Positions 1 to 7,026 of a stretch of DNA of 33,650 nt are shown one piece after another; within the stretch, counting starts at the first letter, position 1; the number at the start of each line of letters is the position of its first letter. The DNA is from Candidatus Aminicenantales bacterium. Its GTDB lineage: Bacteria; Acidobacteriota; Aminicenantia; Aminicenantales; UBA4085. The stretch lies in contig JBEKTZ010000010.1 in NCBI GenBank assembly GCA_049515535.1, forward strand, positions 124,001 through 157,650. Reading direction: 5' to 3'. A program made the position numbers and the translations under genes. The notes under the pieces were generated by a model, which ran no database searches, was not told the DNA's origin, and worked only from the letters and a program-made list of their open reading frames with translations.

Positions 1-2005
1 CGTTCAAAATCCGCTAGATCTGCCGGACATCTGCTTCCTGGGTTCCAACGTGGAGAGCGGCTCCGCGACGGGGGTGGTCGTCCACACCGGGGGTCGCACC
101 TACTTCGGTTCACTGGCCGCCAGTATCGTCGGGCAGCGCCAGCTGACCAGCTTCGACAAGGGCGTCAACAAGTTCACCTGGCTGATGATCCGCTTTATTG
201 CGGTGATGGCGCCAGCCGTCTTCCTGCTCAACGGACTGAGCAAGCACAACTGGGTGGAAGCGTTCCTGTTTGCCATGGCCGTGGCCGTTGGATTAACCCC
301 CGAGATGCTGCCGATGATCGTGACCGTCAACTTGTCCAAGGGTGCACTGATGATGGCGCGCAAGAAAGTGATCGTCAAACGCCTGAACGCCATCCAGAAC
401 TTCGGGGCGACGGACGTCCTGTGTACCGACAAGACCGGCACCCTGACCCAGGGCAAGATCGTCCTGGAGAAACATCTGGACGTCCGCGGCAACGAAAGTC
501 CGCGCGTCCTGCATTATGGGTACATGAACAGCTACTACCAGACCGGTCTCAAGAATCTGATGGATGAGGCCATCCTCGATCACGGCCACCTGGAGGAAGA
601 TCTTCAGGTGAAAACGAACTACCGTAAAATAGACGAAATCCCCTTCGATTTCGAGCGGCGGCGCATGTCCGTGATCGTGGAGGACAAACAGAACCAGCGC
701 ATCCTGATCTGCAAGGGCGCAGTGGAAGAGATCATGCGCCTTTCGATTCGTGTGGAAGTCGGAGGCGAAGTGCTGGATGTCCAGCCGGAGCACGACGCCC
801 ATCGCAAGCGGCTCGTGCAGGAATTGAACGCGCAGGGTTTCCGCGTTGTCGCCGTGGCCTACAAGGTCATGCCCGGGGATGACGACGAACCGCACTATGA
901 AATGCGGGACGAAGCCGACATGACCCTGCTGGGGTTCCTGGCCTTCCTCGATCCGCCCAAGGAGACCGCGACCGAGGCTTTGAAGCGGCTCCACGCTTTG
1001 AATGTGGACGTCAAGATTCTGACCGGCGACAATGAAATCATCACCGCCTACATCTGCAAACAGGTGGGCATGCCGGTGGACAAGATCCTGCTCGGTTCTC
1101 AAATCGAAGCTATGAGCGAGGGTGAACTGGCTGAAGCCGCCAGCGTGACCAGCATCTTTGCCAAGCTGGCGCCGGCTCAAAAGGAACACATCATCCACGC
1201 ATTGCAAAGCAAGGGCCGCGTGGTGGGCTTCATGGGCGATGGCATCAACGACGCCCCGGCCTTGAAGGCCGCCGATGTGGGCATCTCGGTCAATGGCGCG
1301 GTGGACATCGCCAAGGAATCGTCCGATATCATCCTCATGGAAAACAGTCTGCTGGTGCTGGAACAGGGTGTGATCGAAGGCCGCCGCGTTTTCGGCAACA
1401 TCATCAAGTACATCAAGATGGCGGCTTCTTCCAACTTCGGCAACATGTTCAGTGTCGTGGGAGCCAGCGCGTTCCTGCCCTTCTTACCCATGCTGCCGAT
1501 CCAGGTGTTGACCAACAACCTGCTCTATGACTTCTCGCAGACGGCCATCCCCACGGATGCGGTGGACGCCGACTGGCTGACCAAGCCACGCAAGTGGACG
1601 ATTGGCGCGATTCAGCGTTTTATCCTGTTGATCGGCCCGATCAGCTCGATCTTCGACTACCTGACATTCTTCATCATGCTCTATGTGTTCCATGCCCGGA
1701 GCAACCCAGCCCTGTTCCACACGGGCTGGTTTGTGGAGTCGCTCTTCACCCAGACGCTGATCATTCATGTCATCCGCACCAACAAAATCCCATTCATCCA
1801 GAGCCGGGCCAGCTGGCCGCTGATCGTGACTTCCATCATCATCGTCGCGGCAGGCACCTGGCTTACGGTCTCGCCCCTTGCCGACACGCTCGGGTTTGTC
1901 CCACTTCCGCCGCTGTACTGGCCGCTGCTGGCGATCATGCTGCTGGGCTATGTGATCCTCACTCAATTTGTAAAAACCTGGTTTTACCGCAGGTTTGGCG
2001 AATGA
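1..2005 (+). CDS. mgtA: Magnesium-translocating P-type ATPase (P3B), 5' end outside window
   Basis: Frame open from base 2 (VQNPLDLPDICFLGSNVESG). Motifs GLTPEMLP, DKTGTLT, EIPFDFERRRMSV, TGD, GDGINDAPAL and the MgtA-typical SSNFGNMFSV and FHTGWFVESL. Confidence 0.93.
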   Translation, partial: VQNPLDLPDICFLGSNVESGSATGVVVHTGGRTYFGSLAASIVGQRQLTSFDKGVNKFTWLMIRFIAVMAPAVFLLNGLSKHNWVEAFLFAMAVAVGLTPEMLPMIVTVNLSKGALMMARKKVIVKRLNAIQNFGATDVLCTDKTGTLTQGKIVLEKHLDVRGNESPRVLHYGYMNSYYQTGLKNLMDEAILDHGHLEEDLQVKTNYRKIDEIPFDFERRRMSVIVEDKQNQRILICKGAVEEIMRLSIRVEVGGEVLDVQPEHDAHRKRLVQELNAQGFRVVAVAYKVMPGDDDEPHYEMRDEADMTLLGFLAFLDPPKETATEALKRLHALNVDVKILTGDNEIITAYICKQVGMPVDKILLGSQIEAMSEGELAEAASVTSIFAKLAPAQKEHIIHALQSKGRVVGFMGDGINDAPALKAADVGISVNGAVDIAKESSDIILMENSLLVLEQGVIEGRRVFGNIIKYIKMAASSNFGNMFSVVGASAFLPFLPMLPIQVLTNNLLYDFSQTAIPTDAVDADWLTKPRKWTIGAIQRFILLIGPISSIFDYLTFFIMLYVFHARSNPALFHTGWFVESLFTQTLIIHVIRTNKIPFIQSRASWPLIVTSIIIVAAGTWLTVSPLADTLGFVPLPPLYWPLLAIMLLGYVILTQFVKTWFYRRFGE

Positions 2006-2024
2006 CGGAGAGCGTCAAGGGATT

Positions 2025-2396
2025 TCAGTGAGAAGTCCGATACATTTTGTTAAGGACTTTGCTGAGATCTATGAAATTATCTTTTTTTTGGCTTAAGAAT
2101 CGCGGCAACAAGAGATGGGCGAGTTCGATTGTGCTCTTCTTTCGATCCGGGATAACAAGGACGACATAAATCTCCGTGAGCAGCTCGCGAAGCCGTTGCA
2201 TCTGCTGAAGCTCTTCTCGGTTCGAAGCTGAGAGAACTGCGATGGAATCCGGTTCTATTGGCATCCGGAGTCTCGCCCTGAAGTCATCCAGTCTTTTGAA
2301 GAGTTCTATTTGACTTTCTGGGATCACTTTATGAACGGCCGCCTCAAGTCTCTTTTTATTTTGATCATCCCCACTTGAATAAAAAAGCAGCTGCAT
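2025..2396 (-). CDS. 123-aa hypothetical protein, receiver-domain-like without an obvious phospho-Asp
   Basis: ATG at 2396 with AAAGGA upstream; the ORF-track extension to 2594 runs through AT-rich promoter DNA. Alternating beta/alpha pattern (MQLLFYS, SIAVLS, YVVLVIPD, PRFLS). Confidence 0.65.
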   Translation of the reverse strand: MQLLFYSSGDDQNKKRLEAAVHKVIPESQIELFKRLDDFRARLRMPIEPDSIAVLSASNREELQQMQRLRELLTEIYVVLVIPDRKKSTIELAHLLLPRFLSQKKDNFIDLSKVLNKMYRTSH

Positions 2397-2459
2397 TTGG
2401 TTTAAATTTTCCTTTAAAAACGAATCTACGCCATTTCTCTTTATGCCTACTGAATAATA

Positions 2460-2476
2460 TTCAAGAAACATGCCAA
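2460..2476 (-). promoter_or_regulatory. sigma54-like -24/-12 promoter for the 123-aa gene
   Basis: Minus strand reads TTGGCAT-GTTTC-TTGAA: correct spacing but GA instead of GC at -12. Confidence 0.5.
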
Positions 2477-2559
2477 ATTCATAAAACCAGGCGATTATTT
2501 TTTTATAGGGGGGAGGAAATCTTATTAGCCGCTTTCCCCCAGAATCAGCAGCAATTTGT

Positions 2560-2594
2560 TCTCTTAAATAGCACTTATTCCAATAAATGCGCAC
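2560..2594. promoter_or_regulatory. Candidate tandem enhancer (UAS) motif
   Basis: TCTCTTAAATAGCAC (2560-2574) and CCAATAAATGCGCAC (2580-2594) resemble the repeat unit CCTATAAAACAGCAC at 6823. Confidence 0.4.
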
Positions 2595-2628
2595 TCATTC
2601 TCTGTTTTTTTAAAGGCCATGACCGGCA

Positions 2629-4047
2629 TCATGCCGGCCAACGCCCATCAGCTGGTCGGTATTTTCTTAGAAGAGTATAGAATCTTGAGCGAGATAAGCC
2701 GGAAATCCGGCAGGCTTTGTTGTTATCTCCGCCCGCAAAAGAGATCAGGTCCTTCAGATACTGTTGCTCTGCTCCAGAAACTGCTGCTTTCCGAATCTCT
2801 TTCAATTTGGGCGGCGCTTTGGGAACGCTCGAGCGTATCTCTGGTTTACCCTGGCCGGCCGGCCTCTTGTGGAAAGAATTCCGGGCCACCTGAATGCGAA
2901 TATACGTCGGAAGGTGTTTGGGGAACAGCATGGGTTCATCTTTTGCCGAAAGCAAAGCTTTCTCCAGGGCCTGGATCAGTTCTCGCACATTGCCGGGCCA
3001 TTTATATTCGGTCATGACATCCCAGAATTCAGGAGAGGCTCCTTTGGATTCTATCCCAAACCGCTCGCACAAGGCGTTCATATAAAAGACCGTCAATTTT
3101 TTGATGTCTTCGAGAAGTTCTCTCAAGGGGGGCAATTCAATAATAAGAGTCCGGAGCCGAAAGAACAGATCTTCCCGGAATCGTCCCTGCCGGATCATGC
3201 TTCCCAAGTTTCGGTTTGTCGCCGTCACAAGCCTGAAATCGCTTTCGATTTCTTGACGTCCTCCGACAGCACGGAAGCGGTGCTCTTGAATGACCCGGAG
3301 GAATCGTTTTTGAATCAAAAAAGGCAGCTCCCCGATCTCATCTAAAAAAAGAGTTCCTCCGTCGGCTTGCTTGATCAACCCCTCCTCGCTTCGATCGGCT
3401 CCGGTGAACGCCCCCCGTTCGTGCCCAAAAAGAACGCTTTCCACCAGCGTCTCGGGAAGCGCCGTGCAATCAACGACCACAAAATTTCTTTTGGCCCGAG
3501 GGCTGTTATAATGGACAGCCTTTGCAAAAAGCTCTTTCCCGGTTCCGGTTTCGCCGGTGATGAGAACATTGACGTTGCTGCCGGCGGCCTGGACAAGAAG
3601 TTCCAGAGAAGAAGTGATCTTTTGTGAATCTCCGATAATGTCCTTTCTTTTCAGAACGACCGGCGGCTTCCCCGATTTTCTTTCCGCTCGATATTCCAGA
3701 GCCCGGATAATGGGGAGCTTGAGGGTTTCGAACGAAGCCGGCTTTTCCAAATAATCCCAGGCGCCGGTTTGGATGGCAAGTTCGGCCTCATCGGGATCGC
3801 CCAGCCCGGTGATCACGATGATTTCCGGGGAAGATCGGGTGGCTTTGATCTTCGGCATGATCTCCAAGCCGCTTCCATCGGGCATCTGGACGTCCAGAAA
3901 AACGATGTCGAATGGCTCGGATTGGACTTTCCTGAGCCCCTCCCGGAGAAGGTGTGTCGAGACGGGGTAATGCCCTAATCGGGTGACGACATTCGCGATC
4001 CAATCGCAAATGAGCTTATCATCATCGATGATCAAAACAGTTGCCAT
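2629..4047 (-). CDS. NtrC-family sigma54-dependent response regulator (REC-AAA+-Fis HTH)
   Basis: REC motifs LIIDDD, FLDVQMPDGSG and KP; Walker A GETGTGKE; GAFTGA; Walker B LFLDEIGE; FREDLFFRL; WPGNVREL; C-terminal HTH. Confidence 0.96.
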   Translation of the reverse strand: MATVLIIDDDKLICDWIANVVTRLGHYPVSTHLLREGLRKVQSEPFDIVFLDVQMPDGSGLEIMPKIKATRSSPEIIVITGLGDPDEAELAIQTGAWDYLEKPASFETLKLPIIRALEYRAERKSGKPPVVLKRKDIIGDSQKITSSLELLVQAAGSNVNVLITGETGTGKELFAKAVHYNSPRAKRNFVVVDCTALPETLVESVLFGHERGAFTGADRSEEGLIKQADGGTLFLDEIGELPFLIQKRFLRVIQEHRFRAVGGRQEIESDFRLVTATNRNLGSMIRQGRFREDLFFRLRTLIIELPPLRELLEDIKKLTVFYMNALCERFGIESKGASPEFWDVMTEYKWPGNVRELIQALEKALLSAKDEPMLFPKHLPTYIRIQVARNSFHKRPAGQGKPEIRSSVPKAPPKLKEIRKAAVSGAEQQYLKDLISFAGGDNNKACRISGLSRSRFYTLLRKYRPADGRWPA

Positions 4048-4092
4048 CAGATTTCCATATATTCTGGTTCTTAGGGAATTCTAATATGGGAA

Positions 4093-4121
4093 ATTCTAAT
4101 GAAAGAAAGAAAATTAGTCAA
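4093..4121 (-). promoter_or_regulatory. sigma70 promoter of the NtrC-family regulator
   Basis: Minus strand TTGACT-17 bp-TAGAAT, ending 46 bp before the ATG. Confidence 0.7.
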
Positions 4122-4329
4122 GACCGGCCGGCGCGCCGGCGGGAGTCAAAAGGCCTTCTTCTCAGAGCTTGAGGGAGACATCCTCCCTGTAATCCACGGA
4201 GATCCTCGCGCCCGGCTTGGGCGAGAGGAGGTCTTTGGCTCTCTTTAGGTCAGCCGTGAAATTGTCGTCATAGAAGAAGATGGTTTTCCGGCGATGGTCG
4301 CAGCGGCGGAGTCCCTCGGCGGTCTGCCT

Positions 4330-4771
4330 GGAACGGACTCCGCGAAAACTCCATTATGTCTTTCTACGGTCTGCAAGGACCAGAGCGATACCCGCGACGA
4401 GCGCAATTCCGCCCACGATCGGAGGCAGCGGGATGGTCTTTTTCGAATCGGCCGAGACCTTGATGGAACCGAGATCAAGGATTTTCTCCCTGGTCGTATA
4501 TTGGACACCCTGATAAACCAGAGCCAAGACTCCCAGAACGATGAGAATAATACCCAAAAGCTTCATGGAATTATGCCTCCTCAAACTTAAAATCGGGGGA
4601 TCTCCCTGGATTTCCCAGTGCCCATAACATCGATACAGGTGCTCCTAAAGAAAAAAACCGCCCGGCCTCGCCGATCAGTCGGGAACGGACTCTTCGAAAA
4701 CTCCGTTATTACTTTCTGCGGGCTAGAAGGATCAGCGCGATACCCTCGACGAGCGCAATTCCTCCGACAAT
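4330..4771. repeat. Imperfect ~90-bp direct repeat (4330-4419 vs 4682-4771)
   Basis: Shared blocks GGAACGGACTC, CGAAAACTCC, GCGATACCC and CGACGAGCGCAATTCC cover the last TM codons and downstream DNA. Confidence 0.8.
4354..4566 (-). CDS. DUF3185-like small two-helix membrane protein (70 aa)
   Basis: GAGGAGG RBS; MKLLGIILIVLGVLALVYQG-YTTREKILDLG-IPLPPIVGGIALVAGIAL pattern typical of this family. Confidence 0.8.
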   Translation of the reverse strand: MKLLGIILIVLGVLALVYQGVQYTTREKILDLGSIKVSADSKKTIPLPPIVGGIALVAGIALVLADRRKT

Positions 4772-4879
4772 GAGAAACGCCAGTTCCATTTGAGCTGGTC
4801 CTGCTTCAGGCCTTGGCTCCATGGGCTTGCTCTTCACAACGCCCGGCGAGAGGGGCCGGGTTTTTCTTGTCGGACTCAT
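4709..4879 (-). CDS. 56-aa ORF with a C-terminal TM helix paralogous to the DUF3185-like protein (possible chimera or pseudogene)
   Basis: ATG 6 bp after the upstream stop. C-terminus IVGGIALVEGIALILLARRK matches IVGGIALVAGIALVLADRRK; N-terminus unrelated. Confidence 0.4.
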   Translation of the reverse strand: MSPTRKTRPLSPGVVKSKPMEPRPEAGPAQMELAFLIVGGIALVEGIALILLARRK

Positions 4880-4884
4880 AAAAG

Positions 4885-5124
4885 TTAGCGAAGGAGGATG
4901 CCCAGGCCGATAACCGCCAGAATAATGATCACGATGAGGAGAATATCTCCCGAGTCGAGATAGCCTCCCCCGGCATCGGAAGCCGTGATCACGTCTTGCG
5001 CGCCGATGACGAGCTGATTCGTCGTCCCCGCCTGCTGAACCGCCGGTTTCTGAACGGCAGCGGCAAAGGAAGAGATCCATAAAACCATCAACAGGATACT
5101 GACGATCTTGATCTGTCTTCTCAT
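4885..5124 (-). CDS. 79-aa precursor-like peptide B (signal peptide, linker, AGGG, C-terminal hydrophobic helix)
   Basis: AAGGAGA RBS; MRRQIKIVSILLMVLWISSFAAA ... SDAGGG YLDSGDILLIVIIILAVIGLGILLR; paralog of 5155-5394. Confidence 0.85.
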   Translation of the reverse strand: MRRQIKIVSILLMVLWISSFAAAVQKPAVQQAGTTNQLVIGAQDVITASDAGGGYLDSGDILLIVIIILAVIGLGILLR

Positions 5125-5154
5125 TCGACTTCTCCTTTTTTTGCAGGGTATACG

Positions 5155-5394
5155 CTATACAACAAGGACGCCCAGGCCGATAAGCGCCAGAATAATGAGC
5201 ACGATGATGAGAATATCTCTCGAGGAGAGATAGCCTCCCCCCGCATCGGAAGCCGTGATCACGTCTTGTGCGCCGATGACGAGCTGATTCGTCGTCCCCG
5301 CCTGCTGAACCGCCGGTTTCTGAACGGCAGCGGCAAAGGAAGAGAGCAACACGACCATCAACAGAACACTAGCGATCCTAACCTGTCTTCTCAT
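5155..5394 (-). CDS. 79-aa precursor-like peptide A (signal peptide, linker, AGGG, C-terminal hydrophobic helix)
   Basis: AAGGAGA RBS; ATG at 5394 overlaps the peptidase 3' end by 17 bp; MRRQVRIASVLLMVVLLSSFAAA ... SDAGGG YLSSRDILIIVLIILALIGLGVLVV. Confidence 0.85.
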   Translation of the reverse strand: MRRQVRIASVLLMVVLLSSFAAAVQKPAVQQAGTTNQLVIGAQDVITASDAGGGYLSSRDILIIVLIILALIGLGVLVV

Positions 5395-6418
5395 TCGACT
5401 TCTCCTTTTTTTGAATGTTTTCAAGCCGGGCTTTTTCGATATAGAGGGCCCTGACTTGAAGATAATGTTTCAGAATGAACTCCTCCCCAGGGGCAAGTCG
5501 GACAGCCTGACCAAGGGATTGGAAAGCCGGGACAAGCTTGCCTTGATTGGCGTAAGCCAGACCCAGGACATCGTGGGCGTAAGCGCTTTTTGCGTCCAAG
5601 CTGAGGGCTTCAACGGCATAAGCCTCAGCCTCCTCGGCCTTGCCTTCTCTAAGGCTGACCATGGCCAAGCTGTACAGGGGATAGGGATCTTCGCTGAGGG
5701 ATTCCTTCACTTTTTCCCACTGCTCCCTTGATTTTATGAATTCCGACCTCCGGTAATAGGCCGTGGCCAGATTGATGAGAGTCAGAGGGTCGTTTTGCAG
5801 AGCGGGAAAAGGGAATGCGCTTTGATTGGGGACCACGGCCATCATCCACCGGGACTGGTTCCTCCCCTTTCCCAGCTCCCAGACCTTCATGAAATCCTCG
5901 GACGTCATGGCCTGACGATCTCCGAAATAGGGGTCGTGAAAGATGATCAGGTCCTCGTCATCATCAAACCCGATGACCACCCGGTAGTGTCCTTTGGCGA
6001 TCTGTTTTATGGCTTTGGTTAGAACGATCACCGGGATGCCTTTCCCAACCACCTCCTTCAAGATCCGCAGGTTTCCCTGGAAAGAGTAGCTCTCAAATCC
6101 TTTGGTTCGCGGATACAAGACCAGCTCGGAGTTATAGGTCGCCTGGCTTTCGGAATCATAGATCTCATCCGAGATTATCCGCTGGCTGAAGGATCGCGTT
6201 TCGTCCCAGTAGTTGAGGACCATAGCCAAGCAGGCCGGGCCGCAATAATTTCTTTCCAGCCATTTTTCGAAGGGGACCGTCTGGATCAAATATCCCTTTT
6301 CAGGTTTGATTTTCTGGTATTTGAAAACCTGAGCGGAAAAGAGACAAGGGGTGATCAGCCCCAAAACTGCGAGGAGTCCCCCTATCCGTCTTGAGGCCCG
6401 GACCTTCGGCCAAATCAT
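5378..6418 (-). CDS. Secreted C39-like cysteine peptidase with C-terminal TPRs (PA2778-like architecture)
   Basis: N-terminal signal-like segment; VPF...YCGPACLAMVLNYW (catalytic Cys); GHYRVVIGFD (His); IFHDP (Asp); TPR helices NLATAYY, SLAMVSLREG, VLGLAYANQG. Confidence 0.88.
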   Translation of the reverse strand: MIWPKVRASRRIGGLLAVLGLITPCLFSAQVFKYQKIKPEKGYLIQTVPFEKWLERNYCGPACLAMVLNYWDETRSFSQRIISDEIYDSESQATYNSELVLYPRTKGFESYSFQGNLRILKEVVGKGIPVIVLTKAIKQIAKGHYRVVIGFDDDEDLIIFHDPYFGDRQAMTSEDFMKVWELGKGRNQSRWMMAVVPNQSAFPFPALQNDPLTLINLATAYYRRSEFIKSREQWEKVKESLSEDPYPLYSLAMVSLREGKAEEAEAYAVEALSLDAKSAYAHDVLGLAYANQGKLVPAFQSLGQAVRLAPGEEFILKHYLQVRALYIEKARLENIQKKEKSNEKTG

Positions 6419-6434
6419 TTTGGCGTTTTCCCCG

Positions 6435-6584
6435 CTAAAGAATTCTCCGGCCCTGCAACAGTCGGACGATCAGAACGACCAAGGCGATGACCAGTAGAAC
6501 GTGGACCAGGCCACTACCGACGTGGATCACGAAAAATCCCAGAGCCCACAGAACGACCAGGATGATTACAATTGCCTCAAGCAT
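6435..6584 (-). CDS. lmo0937/DUF5670-like 49-aa membrane microprotein
   Basis: Not in ORF track; translated by hand as MLEAIVIILVVLWALGFFVIHVGSGLVHVLLVIALVVLIVRLLQGRRIL; AAGGAGGT RBS. Confidence 0.88.
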   Translation of the reverse strand: MLEAIVIILVVLWALGFFVIHVGSGLVHVLLVIALVVLIVRLLQGRRIL

Positions 6585-6676
6585 GCCGACCTCCTTTTTT
6601 TCTTTTGCCTCTCGCTGCCCTGCTCCCAGCCGTTATTGCAGGGAACGATGGACTCGGGAGAAGCTACCTGTTTTAA

Positions 6677-6694
6677 ATGCAGTTTTCATGCCAG
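6677..6694 (-). promoter_or_regulatory. sigma54 -24/-12 promoter of the microprotein/C39 operon
   Basis: Minus strand CTGGCAT-GAAAA-CTGCAT; GG and GC correctly spaced. Confidence 0.8.
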
Positions 6695-6718
6695 AATCTT
6701 TCCGCGTTCTCAGAATGT

Positions 6719-6731
6719 CAGGAAATTGATT
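6719..6731 (-). promoter_or_regulatory. Possible IHF site upstream of the sigma54 promoter
   Basis: Minus strand AATCAATTTCCTG vs WATCAANNNNTTR, one mismatch; lies between promoter and candidate UAS. Confidence 0.4.
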
Positions 6732-6822
6732 TCCACTCTGGAAAAAGGTAGAATTTCAGGTGACTGGCGATTCAAAGCCTCCGGTTAGACAAATTGAGCT
6801 GTTTTCCCGCTTAAGAAATTGA

Positions 6823-6859
6823 CCTATAAAACAGCACATTTCCTATAAAAGAGCATATT
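6823..6859. promoter_or_regulatory. 18-bp tandem direct repeat, candidate enhancer (UAS)
   Basis: CCTATAAAACAGCACATT (6823-6840) and CCTATAAAAGAGCATATT (6842-6859), 16/18 identical, midway between two sigma54 promoters. Confidence 0.6.
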
Positions 6860-6985
6860 GCCTGCCAAGCTATCCCGAAATGGTTGTTAGGATCGGACCA
6901 TCCTTTTCACCCCAGGTGTCGTGGCTATCAGGGTTTTGGAAGCAAGTTACATTCATGAAAACGGAGAGAAAATTACGAAAATGAA

Positions 6986-7003
6986 TTGGCACACAGTTTG
7001 CAT
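6986..7003 (+). promoter_or_regulatory. sigma54 -24/-12 promoter of the DUF6600 gene
   Basis: TTGGCAC-ACAGT-TTGCAT, near-perfect consensus, followed by AAAGGAG RBS. Confidence 0.88.
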
Positions 7004-7026
7004 AGCTTATTAAAAGGAGAACGAAT

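Larger units (their letters stand above)
4885..5412. repeat. Tandem gene duplication, period 270 bp
   Basis: 4885-5142 aligns without gaps to 5155-5412, including an identical RBS region (tcattcgacttctccttttttt). Confidence 0.95.

Noticed and set aside
4709..5080. 123-aa ORF overlapping precursor B
   Set aside because: Its first half is an alternative frame of the precursor gene; only 4709-4879 is plausible.
4885..5412. Repeats as a CRISPR array or DGR template/variable pair
   Set aside because: Only two units, both intact genes with RBS; no spacers, cas genes or reverse transcriptase, and differences are mostly conservative amino-acid changes.
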